The notes below the pieces were generated by a model that did no database searches, was not told the DNA's origin, and saw nothing but the letters and a program-made list of their open reading frames with translations. This document shows, piece after piece, positions 53,747-64,000 of a stretch of 64,000 nucleotides of DNA. A program made the translations under genes and the position numbers. The DNA is from Phoronis australis (lineage: Eukaryota; Animalia; Phoronida): positions 359,798 to 423,797 of the forward strand of contig NMRA01000131.1 of assembly GCA_002633005.1 (NCBI GenBank). Direction: 5' to 3'. Numbering within the stretch: the stretch's first letter is position 1; every line of letters begins with the position of its first letter.

Positions 53747-54370
53747 TATAGACTATACTGTCCCTGTAACATTGTCTCATAAAGGATCCTAAAACACGTC
53801 ATACAAACAGAGCAGTCAACATTGGTCACAAGTATAATTGTATAGTAAGTCAGGGCATATACAATTACTTCAGTCTAAACTTTCACCATGTCATGGTGTA
53901 ATATCAGGCACATCAAACTAGTAGACAGATTATTAGCAAATAAATCAAGTAAATTATAAAAACACAAAGAAAATAGCAATACATTACACAATATCTTGGT
54001 CACATAAACAGGCCATGCAGTGATCCATGCTGTAACAAAGTCAAATACATTCAAATCTCCATGGTAACAAAATGATCAGTTGACAGACTATTTTTTGTTC
54101 ATGGTACATGACAGAACATTCCAGAACATTAAATGTATTTTCGGTTCTAAAAATAACCCAAAACCACTTGTACCAAACATTTCTCAATTACTTAGCAGAT
54201 TGTTAATCGTTTAGCAACTCAAGGTCACATCAAGAGAGTTGGGATAACTGGGTGCAGAAAGGGAGTCGGGATAACTGGGTGCAGAAACATTTCCAATTTC
54301 TATTTAGACAACAACAATCACAAGAACTTAAGTAACACCAACACTAACACACAAACACATTGACACGCGA

Positions 54371-54371
<1 letters not shown>

Positions 54372-54437
<66 letters not shown>

Positions 54438-54450
54438 AACAAACAAACAC
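54372..54450. repeat. (CA)n then (CAAA)n microsatellite
   Basis: Directly visible. Confidence 0.95.
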
Positions 54451-54605
54451 ACCACATATCAAAACTTTGTAACAGGGATGAGCCCCTCATGGTTTCTTGC
54501 ACTAACTACACAATTCAACTGAAGATTATTAGTCAAGAGTAATCAACAAAATTAGTTTCAATGCTATCTAGTGCGGACACAAGCATGCTCTCTCTCGCAG
54601 TTTAC

Positions 54606-54615
54606 CTTCCGCGCC
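54606..54615 (-). CDS. Candidate 10-nt microexon GGCGCGGAAG in gene B (speculative)
   Basis: Context ccctttatttccttacAC|GGCGCGGAAG|GTAAAC; in frame only when joined to the alternative AG acceptor at 53005-53004. Confidence 0.45.
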
Positions 54616-54940
54616 GTGTAAGGAAATAAAGGGTATTTATACTAGTGGGTCAACTACAGAGGGCGTGAGCTAGGATGATCAAAGATTCACAAGCAATTAA
54701 AGTTTCACAGTACTTGCACCCTGTTGGGATTTCATTCCTTAATTTATTAATTAGAGGTTTTCAGCAACCTAGGTAAATTTCATATTTTTTCAAGAGGCAC
54801 CTCTGTTTAGGTGGCTGTTGTGGACAGAAATACAAAAGATGAAAATTGAAAAAAGTCAACGATACAACAAAATGTGTCGAACCCCCTTAGACTGAATTTT
54901 AAGCATCATATTTTCCAAAGTTGGCTCTACCAATTTTGAT

Positions 54941-55328
54941 TATGTTGCAAGCAGTTTATCCCGTTCAATCTGCCATATTTTTTATCACATCACGTGACCT
55001 AATGAATATATGTCCGAAAAGATTTCTGCCCTGACTGGTACTCAAACCCAGAACCTTCTGCTAACCGTGAAGATGCTCTAGCCACTGAGCCATCGGGACC
55101 ACTGGTCAAACACATGGGTAAGATGTTCACTGCAAAGTCTGATTGAATTTCTGTGTTTGACCAGTGGTCCCGATGGCTCAGTGGCTGAAGCATCTGCACG
55201 GTTAGCTGAAGGTCCTGGGTTCGAGTCCTGGTGGGGGGGGCAGAAATCTTTTCGGACTTATATTCATTAGGTCACGTGATGTGATCAAAAAGATGGCGAA
55301 TTGAATGGGATAAACTGCTTGCAACATA
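54941..55328. mobile_element. Palindromic element with two divergent tRNA-derived heads
   Basis: Arms 54941-55114 and 55152-55328 are reverse complements. The right arm has A box TGGCTCAGTGG and B box GGTTCGAGTCC; the left arm has the same A box and a one-mismatch B box. Confidence 0.85.
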
Positions 55329-58300
55329 TTCCTCGCCTCACTGAAAAAGATATATATATATACAATTTTGATTAGTAAAATAACTCAACAAAAGGATTAA
55401 GGTTATGTCGGACCCTACCAAAATGTGCAGATAAGACAAACTTCAGAATGTCATATCTCAGAATGGCTGATTGGATTCAGATAAAAATTTCAGATACTAT
55501 AATGCTAAGTTTATGCACAGGTCTTCAAAGCGCTATTACGAATTATTTTTAAAATGTTTCATTTTTGCATAACAAGCTATAAAAAGGACCTCAATGATCT
55601 ATGTGAAAAATATTTAAAAGTTGCATAAAGAAAAAACAAAATAAATTAAAAAAATTAAGTGTTTTTGAGATTTCTTCTAGGACACGTATATTAAACAAAA
55701 TCTGGCCAAGTTAATGATGCTATTGTAAATGTATACTAAAAAGACAGACATCTGACCCAGTTAGTGGCATGGTGGTATACGAAGTCAAACATCTACAACA
55801 GACTTTCCACTGTCAGAAAACAATGCACTTTTACTGAGTTAAATCTAAGGTTTTGTAGACATTTGGCTAAATACGAAAACTTGTCAATAAGATCCAACAT
55901 AATGTTAACGATGAGGGAATTTTGATATTATCATTGTCATTGTTTGTATAACACAGTTATCAGAATATAAACATTAAGAAAAATTTTTGCTTTTCAAAAA
56001 GCACCAGACCTTGGCTGAACTGATGGCATGTTAAATCGGTGAACGCATATCTCAAAATGCGTTGAGGTAAAGACCAGAATCAACTATATGCTTTTTTCAG
56101 CCTTGCCTTACTTTATGAAAAAATCGAGCAAACGTGACTTTTACAGACAGTACTCTGAATCTTTGATACACTCCAGCCAACAATATCTAATAGGGGAAGA
56201 TGAGATGCCATCATCAGAGAAGCTATGTCAATAGTGAAGACTTAAAACATGACATGGCATCTGTTTCATGATAGTGACGTAACACTTAAGACAGAAACTT
56301 GGACTTACGGTCCCAATTTACAATTTGTGAATGAAAATTTAGCCAAGACCAAATTTCCCTCTTAACTCTCAAGACATTTTTCATGAAACAGATACTGTTA
56401 CTTATCTCTGAGAAAGTTTGAGAGTGGTAAACTTTATAACATTTAGAAACCTTAATAATGGCCTTTTCAATCAGGAACATGGATATAGTCAAGAAGAGAC
56501 AGGGGGTAACTTTTCCACCAATTTTGATTGTGGGCATTTCCAAACTCATAAATAGTGAATTGTTTTGTGAACATGATCCCAAGACCTCAGCTAAAATGAA
56601 CGCTATAGAAGTCAAAACAATGATAAAAAAGAGACGGAAAGAGAAGAAATTGGAATAAATTGAATAAGAGGAAAACTCCAACCCCTACACCGGTGCAGCC
56701 CCACTCCCTCATTGAATTGCCCAATGATAAGCAGGCAGTGTAGCATTACTCAATTATTGGGCTGATCAATGATAAGCAACCATTGTAGTCATGTCCCATT
56801 TCAGTTCAACAGCATCATCCCAAACAAGATCTTCAAAGCAGCACCAATATCAGTGTCTAGAACCTTTTTATCATAGGAGAGAACATAAAGGGAGGGAAAC
56901 CCGTAACCACAGACATTTGTCCAATTTTCCAAATCATTTAATATGTGTCTGTATTACGATTCACAACACAAATTTAAACTGGTAAGTTTAAAATTTAAAA
57001 ACCAGTAACCACAGTAATCAAGCTGAAGATTAAGTGCCTGACAAAAGTGAAGCACTGTGGGTAAATAGCTCAATTTCTCATACACATTTTGATTTATTTC
57101 AGGATGAGGCCATAGAGAGTAAAGGTTGATTATAACAGGGAGAGGAATTCTAAGATGACACAATATAGTCAGACAAGGGAAGGGAAAGGGTTGTGAGTAC
57201 AACAATTAATACAAATATGTCATCATAATTATCTAAGTTAGAAGCAAGGAAAATCAAAGGACTGGCTATTTGTCTGTTTGAATCCCAATGTTCACAATCT
57301 AGTTACTAAATGCTCTTGAACTCATGTAATGTACTTTTACCCAGCGTTCCCTTCCTTGTCAATAAAGGCTGCAGAGGGCAACAAATTTAACATTAAAGAT
57401 GCATAGTCTCATTAAATTGTAAATATACCAATGAGGTATGACTTTATAAACACTCCCAGGTCCTCCAGTGTGCCACAAACCACCCCAGAGCCAGTTACCA
57501 TTACAATCTCGCTAAAGTCTCGTTTTGCAAGCCTTTTTATGAAAATAATATTTCATCATGGCAGACAAAAACCCGATGGCAGCCAAGAGAACAGAGAAGG
57601 CACATAATTTCATTTTGCTGTCAACTTGGACAATATTCAGAATCAAGCCATTTTGCATCGGGTAGTGCAAATTATAAGAGTTTGCACACATTTCTCATCC
57701 ACATTTCTTAAGACAACATGGGAATCCTAGGGAAACCCCCACAGCATTGGCGTTACCCTAATGAAACAAGGAGCAGTTTCTTTTCACTATCAAATAACAA
57801 TGCATAATATTTGGAATTACTAGGGTTTTTATGTGTTCACTTTGTTTTTAAGTGTATTAGTTGTGGTGTTTTCTTTAAAACTGCAATTTTTTATAAATTG
57901 TTTCTTTTCCTGATTATACTTAGTATCTTTTACACACACAGAGAGTTCTCCGGGAAGTCACTAGGTGGTGCTTGCTACAAATTTAAATATTCACGGTTTA
58001 ATGAGACATAGCATCTTTAAGGGCAATGGTAAACAGAGAACAGCCAACTGTGCTGCCTACCTCAAGTGAACCATAGTTGAGCTAACAGCCGATGGCAAGG
58101 TGTGGAAATATGGCAAAATCAAACCGCATTCATTCAATTCCTTTCGGCTTCATTGATGTGACCTGTCAGTTCAGCTGAGGTTCACAATGAGCAGACAGCT
58201 CAGTTAATAGCTACCTGTCTACGTTGGCTCTAACATAACAGAAAAGCAGAGTTGAACCAACAGAAATAACGAAGACCTATTCTGGCTTGTAAAACAATAC

Positions 58301-58368
58301 ACCTCTTATCAACTGACTAAGAATCAAAACATGTAGAGCCTAGTGTTTTAAACTCAGTGGATACTTAT

Positions 58369-58506
58369 CTTGTTCTTTTGAGCATTGAAGTTCTCGATGA
58401 TGACACCAATGAAAAGGTTAAGCGTGAAGAATGCACCGAAGACAATGAAGATGACAAAATAGATAAGCATATACCAACTGGCTTCCCTCACAGGCTGTTT
58501 GTCTTC
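58369..58506 (-). CDS. Gene B exon, DIII S6 ([46 protein letters not shown])
   Basis: Acceptor ccacag|; 138 nt; ends at the non-canonical donor AAG|ATAAGT. Confidence 0.95.
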
Positions 58507-59090
58507 CTGTGGAAGGAATGTGCAACAGTCTTTGACATCATGTAGACAACAAAGCAACTCTATGTTTGTGCTGCTCATTTATGTCCAGATAATCAGACTT
58601 TAGTAGAAAACAACAATGGCACCACTGATACACGATTTCTCTTCTATTCTGATGAAATCAATGACATACTTTGGGATGAATTTAAAAGACAAAATCATTT
58701 TACTGTCAGTCATCTAAAGGAAAATTGCATTCATCAAATTTTTCATTTAACTTAAAATAGGTGATTCTCCCATTGACAAAGTTTTACAAATTGTCAATAA
58801 TAGGTAAAAATAAATTGTAATGAAACATTAAAAGTTGGTGCAGTGTACAGCACTGATATAGATTACAAAGCATTGTGCAGATTTAAAGTTGTAATGTGTA
58901 ACCATGGAAACAGTTTGAAGCTGATGAAGTTCAGTCACGAATTTATTAACAAAAAGTTGATTGACAAGATGACCAATACCCGGGGCATTACAGTCACACT
59001 TCTGATGTGAAAGGGACCACCAAGGATTTGAAAGTTTTCAATGTCAGACCATCGGGTATTAAAATAATAAGTAAACTTATACGACTCATG

Positions 59091-59579
59091 GGACCCTGTT
59101 TCAAGAAACTTTTTCTGTCTCAGACCAAAGTCGGGCGAACTTAAGACGACATTGTCTTATCACTGTTTCATGAAATTTCTGAAGACTAAAATTAAGACCA
59201 CAATCAGTCTAAGCAAGCTAAGATAAAAAATTAGCCCCCTTTGGCAAAGGCTCAAGAATGAACTTTTGGTCTAAATGACATTTCCCAGCCAGGGTCTTCT
59301 CACTTAAGCACTTAACATCCCATCTGTATCCAAAATGTTGTATATAAATACCCATTTAGAGTTTCAAGACCAAGATTATTCTGAAACCGTTTTTCACAAA
59401 CCACCTCACTTAGTTTTATGAATTTGCAACAGGTTAAAATCGGACGTAATTAGTTAAGACTGAAGATCAAGGAGTGGACTACGTGATCATGAAATGGTCT
59501 TTAACCACTTCTGTTTTCGGCCTTAACATACACAAATTTTTGGTCTTAAATCTAAGGCACTTTTCATGAAACAGGCCCT
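59091..59579. mobile_element. Probable MITE ending about 20 nt from the DIII filter exon donor
   Basis: Imperfect TIR GGACCCTGTTTCAAGAAA / TTTCATGAAACAGGCCC; no clear TSD. Confidence 0.5.
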
Positions 59580-59598
59580 TGGTCACACAAATACTTAC

Positions 59599-59652
59599 CC
59601 CCATAGCATCTTCAGCGTCTGCCATAATTGGAAGCCAGCCTTTGAACGTTGC
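59599..59652 (-). CDS. Gene B exon, DIII selectivity filter (ATFKGWLPIMADAEDAMG)
   Basis: Acceptor atattcag|, donor GGG|GTAAGT; 54 nt; FKGW lysine. Confidence 0.95.
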
Positions 59653-60509
59653 CTGAATATCAAATACACCAATCATACTCAATTTGGTTAGCAGTAAAGC
59701 ATTTTTGACCCACAAAAGTTCCAAAATTTCATTTCACGTTTTAACGGGCACCCCCCAATTTTATATGACCAAGACTTCCTTGGAAGTGCTTGTGTTTTTG
59801 TGAATGCCCATCTCGCCACTTTTAGCTCCCAAAACAAAACAAAACTTGCAGACCTTACAGTGACAGAGTTTGAGCAGCACACTGCCTTATTCAGGCGGGA
59901 AAATACCTGCAGTTTCATTCACTGTCTAGGTCTTATTTGACTCTAGTCCAAAGCATTTCCTTGAATCAACCATTTCCAGCAAATTTCATGTTTAAGTAGC
60001 CATACCCCATGTAATGCTTACCCCCCACCCCAATGTTTGTGTTCTTCAATTTAGCACACACCTCGCAATGTTTGTGTTTGCCAATTTAAGCATCTTGGGC
60101 GTTACTAAATTTATTAAACAAGACCCACACTAATGACAGATAGAAATTTATATTTTAATTGAACTCTTCAAACTGATAATAATTGTAGTCAAAGATATAA
60201 AATTATTTTAATTATAATAACCGTAATGCAATTAAAGCAATAATACTATGTATTAAAGAGTTACGTTCTGAATCAGTTCTGGCATCAAGTCAAAGTATGA
60301 CACGAAGTCAAACAATCTCGATATCAAGGTAGAATATCATCAATTAATAATGCTTATTTTTTTTGAAAATACAGAATATGGTTATCTTGGAGAGGCATTT
60401 TTCCATATTAATTACTGTTCCCTCAACGTGTATCTACTATCCATAGAATGATAGAATGTGATGTAAATGGCTGAACTAAGGTTCTACATTCACTATCTAT
60501 TGATCAATC

Positions 60510-60945
60510 ACTGATGACACATACAATGTTCCTAACCTACACACACCATGTTCATGACCGACACACACCATGTTCATGACCGACACACACCATGTTCATG
60601 ACCGACACACAACCTCTTCATGACCGACACATACGAAGTTCATGAGCAACACATACCATGTTCAAGACCGACACATACAATGTTAAAGACCGACACATAC
60701 CATTTTCAAGACCGACACATACCATGTTCATAACCGACACATACCACGTTCATGAGCAACACATACTATGTTCAAGATCGACACACATCATGTTCATGAC
60801 CAACACATACCATGTTCACGACTGACACATACCATGTTCATGATCGACACACACCATGTTCATGACTGACACATACCATGTTCCCGACGGACACATATGT
60901 TCATGACTAACACATACCATGTTCATCACCAACATATATCATTTT
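60510..60945. repeat. 22-bp minisatellite (CATGTTCATGACCGACACAYAC)n, about 19 units
   Basis: Directly visible tandem units. Confidence 0.92.
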
Positions 60946-61168
60946 CAGAAGCCTTTCAAGTCACTTTGTACTGTTCCGTGAAAAGTGTCTTCACACCAGG
61001 GGAACAGCAATCAACACGGAAAAATATAAAATGTCTCTCCAAGATAACCAGGGATCTGCATTTGTGCTGAACATGTCATCAAAAAATGGTTGCAATCCCG
61101 TTTAAAAAATTATTAGTACTATCTTTGCAGTTGGATAACTGATGGTAATTCACATGAAAATTACGTAC

Positions 61169-61447
61169 GATTTGAAGCAGTGCCAAGTAAGCCTTGCCCA
61201 CGTCATCGAAGTTGATATCTGAGTTCTGCCATGTGTAGTTATTTGTTCCATTTGCCTGCTCTAAACATTCCATCTTGTTTGCAATGATGGAAGCATTAAC
61301 ACGGTTGCCTTCAAAGTCGACACATTTGTAGAACTGACCCTTGAAGAACTGGACACCCATGATGGCGAAGATGAGCCAGAAGACCAAAATAACCACCATC
61401 ACATTATAGATTGAGGGAACGGCCTGAATCAGTGCATTGACTACCAC
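61169..61447 (-). CDS. Gene B exon, DIII S5 and pore loop (VVVNALIQAVPSIYNVMVV...NFDDVGKAYLALLQI)
   Basis: ORF track 61079..61456; acceptor gttgcag|, donor ATC|GTACGT; 279 nt, phase 0/0. Confidence 0.96.
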
Positions 61448-61496
61448 CTGCAACATGACAATATCAACATTAGCCGTGTATTACAAAATATACCCG

Positions 61497-62270
61497 AAGG
61501 CACCAGATTAAAGCTTGGCAAATCATGGTTGGCAGCAGCGGAAACCACAGTAGAAAGAGTGTGTGAGCTGGATCTGGTTTGCAGAGGAGAAGAGTATATG
61601 AAGGTGGATGACAAAACAGCTTGCAGATTCACCAGGGTTGTCATTACTATAGGCCGAGAGTGTCATGACAGGGCGGCCTGTGCAGTTAACAGTGAAGTTC
61701 TCGAGCTGGTCTATGAAAATTGTAGTGAGGGAGATGCTGTGGTGTACACTGACAGATCGGTTAAAAAAGGAGAAAGACCTGGATGGAGCTATGTAGTCAA
61801 TGTGGATGGTACAATAGTAGCGGAAAATGGTGAGGCATATGAGCTAACAACATCTAGTATGAAAATGGAGGAGGTTGCTGCTGAAAAGGCACTTGCATGG
61901 CTACAGGAAAGCACTCATACCTGTGCAGTTATTGTGACAGAGTCTCAGAGCATGCTGTGAAAAATGAAAAAGGGATATCTCAAACCCAAGTGGCTGCTGT
62001 ATTTACAAAACAGTGGACTGAGAAAGCTGACTTGGATATTCTCCCCTGGGCATGCCGGAGAAAGCTGACAAGTTAGCAGGAAATGCACCAATACAGTGCG
62101 CCCTCAGATTGGGAGAGAGTGAGATTCTTGGAGGATATGGAGAGGTGGAGCCAAAGGAGAAGGGAGATGCAATTGACAGAATGCAGCTGTTTGGATGATA
62201 TGAGAGAGGCCGCGGAGTTGATAGCTGGTTGCATGGCCAGGCAAGACGACTGTGTGTCAGAATAAATATT
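61497..62270 (+). pseudogene. Non-LTR retrotransposon RNase H fragment
   Basis: VVYTDRSV...SSMKME...IVTESQSML, an in-frame stop, then LTWIFSPGHAG (RNase H catalytic motifs, partly decayed). Confidence 0.8.
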
Positions 62271-64000
62271 GATTAAGTAATTAGTAAGAATAGATCCATT
62301 TTAAGTTGCCCAAAATTTGTTCATATGTACTTTTAAATCATGGGGTCAGACTTGTTGACATTTATTTTAACGTCAAAATCTATTTTTAGATGGTGTTTAC
62401 AACTTTGGGTTCTGGGGTCAAAGTATTCTAGAGATTCTAGAATATTCTGAGAACAAATTGTAATAGCCAATAATATGAGTGGATATGATCATGTGGTTTT
62501 TATTAGCCAATCACTAAATAAGTGGAATGTTATATTATGGGCTGAAATCACCAAGATAATTAGATGCACTATAGTAGTTGAAGCATAAGGACTTGCTACA
62601 GTGTACAGAAGCAATTGTATGACAGAGCCATCTCGTGGAAGATTCTAGAAAGGATCTTGGCAAGGGCAAGGGTTAACGAACAGGAAGTTAACTAAAAGCT
62701 TGTCACTTGTATTGTGGGTAGTAAGATACTACCTGAAGTGTTGCGTCATCAGCCCGAGACTGTGACCAGCAAGAAGATTCGCGGGTAGAAGAAATTGCCT
62801 GCAAGTGTTGCGTCACCAAAGACGGTGACCAGCAAGTACACTGTCGCTATACAGTGTGTGTAGTTCGAAGATTCACCAACAGGACAGACATCCAACAAGT
62901 GGAGAGTCCTAGCTTGGACAGCAGATAAGACATTTGATCGTTTTGGTTGTTTGATTAAAGTAATCTTTAAAGAGGGCTCTAGTGTAGTTACTCTTTGTAG
63001 TTGATTACTTAATTAACAATAGGTTTCATTTGTCTAATTAGGGGTTATCATATAATAAATTAATTACTGGATTTGATTATTCACTCTCCATCTACGCACA
63101 ATCTCAAAGCATAGCTACCTTTTAAACAAACCCACAGTCAAACATCTGACACTGTGTAATCCGCCACTGGTTGGAGTGATTAGTCAAAGGACCTTGTCTG
63201 ACCTGATGGCATGGAAAGCTGAGCATCTATGGGTCTGCCTCGAGTGTGACAACACTGGTTCTGCACCCAAGTTATACCCAAGTAATGCAAAATATTTACA
63301 ATCAAACCTTGTACCAGTGATAAAAATACATGTCTCACAAGCTCATTACACGAAATGAAAAGGAGACCGAGGCTGTTGAAATAAGATCATTTATAATAAC
63401 AGTTAGAATATAAATACAAAGAATAGGGATGAAAATAAAATATAACATGTAAAAAATAATAACCTTTGGTAAGATGGGCAATAAAAAAACAACACATAGG
63501 TACGACCATATGCCAAAAGTAATCTGGCAGGTAGAGGGTGAGTAAAATTAACGAGTGTTTGGACACGTACTATCTGTGAAGGTGACACAAGGAAATTGAA
63601 CTGAAACGTGTGAGATAACAAACAATATATAGACATGTGACAATCATCAGCCTGTTGTGACAATCATCAGCCTGTGAGAGCAAGAACTGACCAAACCCAT
63701 GACGTGACAACATGGACCAATAAGAAGGTTGGGAATAAATATCTTAACCATAGCCCTGGACAAAGGAATAACTGGATCATTCCAAATAGAGGAAAAAGGG
63801 GTGTGAAAGGTAAGATCCATCTACACACTCCTATCAATACAATTATTTAACACGTGAAATATCATTTGTGATCAAGATAATTGTGTACCAACAATAAAAA
63901 TATATGCGTCACTAGAGATCAGGAGACCAAGTTTGGCGAAATAGGGTCACTAAAATGACAAAATAAGATGGGCAGTAAAAAAGCACCACAAGAGAAATTG

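Larger units (their letters stand above)
53008..58368 (-). other. AT-AC intron with ATAAGT donor (divergent, major-spliceosome-type AT-AC subclass) in gene B
   Basis: Starts ATAAGTATCC and ends tttatttAC|GCA GGA, giving QKNK|[10 protein letters not shown] in frame. Same position as the U2-dependent AT-AC intron described in vertebrate SCN4A/SCN5A. No U12 branch site precedes the AC. Confidence 0.85.
44475..61447 (-). other. Gene B span: 3' part of a Nav1/para-type sodium channel (DIII S4-S5 linker to stop; earlier exons lie right of the window)
   Basis: Six in-phase exons. DIII filter ATFKGW (K) and DIV TSAGW (A) fit a DEKA-type filter. MFMT inactivation motif, IQ motif IIQKNWR and PPSY motif are present. 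Confidence 0.96.

Noticed and set aside
55166-55238. Genuine tRNA gene (apparent GGT anticodon)
   Set aside because: Non-canonical anticodon loop, imperfect stems, and embedded in a repeated palindromic element.
55397-56455. Second Kolobok-like element beginning TTAAGGTTATGTC
   Set aside because: The left end resembles the 4396 element, but I found no convincing right TIR.
60510-60945. Regular repeats suggesting a CRISPR array
   Set aside because: Contiguous tandem units with no unique spacers, a eukaryotic context and no cas genes.
62460-63152. Possible solo LTR (TG...CA ends, internal duplication, AATAAA)
   Set aside because: No TSD or convincing terminal inverted repeat could be fixed.

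Overview
This is animal genomic DNA (AT-rich, intron- and repeat-rich; an invertebrate bilaterian, probably lophotrochozoan, which is inference only). It holds parts of two tandem voltage-gated sodium channel (Nav1/para-type) alpha-subunit genes on the minus strand. Gene B contributes its 3' end: 6 exons at 61447->44475, from DIII S4-S5 linker to the C-terminus. Gene A contributes its 5' end: 7 coding exons at 21596->2021, from the N-terminus to DI S5. I reconstructed all exons by hand from splice sites and phases. Two AT-AC introns occur at the positions known from vertebrate SCN genes: a textbook U12-type one in gene A and an ATAAGT (major-spliceosome type) one in gene B. The most striking observations are these. 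(1) A candidate 10-nt microexon inside the gene B AT-AC intron; it would use an AC acceptor, a GT donor and a second AG acceptor 4 nt from the normal AC, changing residues just before the MFM inactivation gate. (2) Gene B has lost the DIV outer-pore aspartate (GWAE instead of GWDG), which predicts TTX/STX resistance. (3) A Penelope-like element carries mirror-image hammerhead ribozymes. (4) Two palindromic elements are each built from divergent tRNA-like heads. (5) A sharp CpG-depletion boundary lies near 42.7 kb. The rest is transposon material: Kolobok-like, Helentron/HINE-like, LINE, Academ relic, MITEs and satellites.
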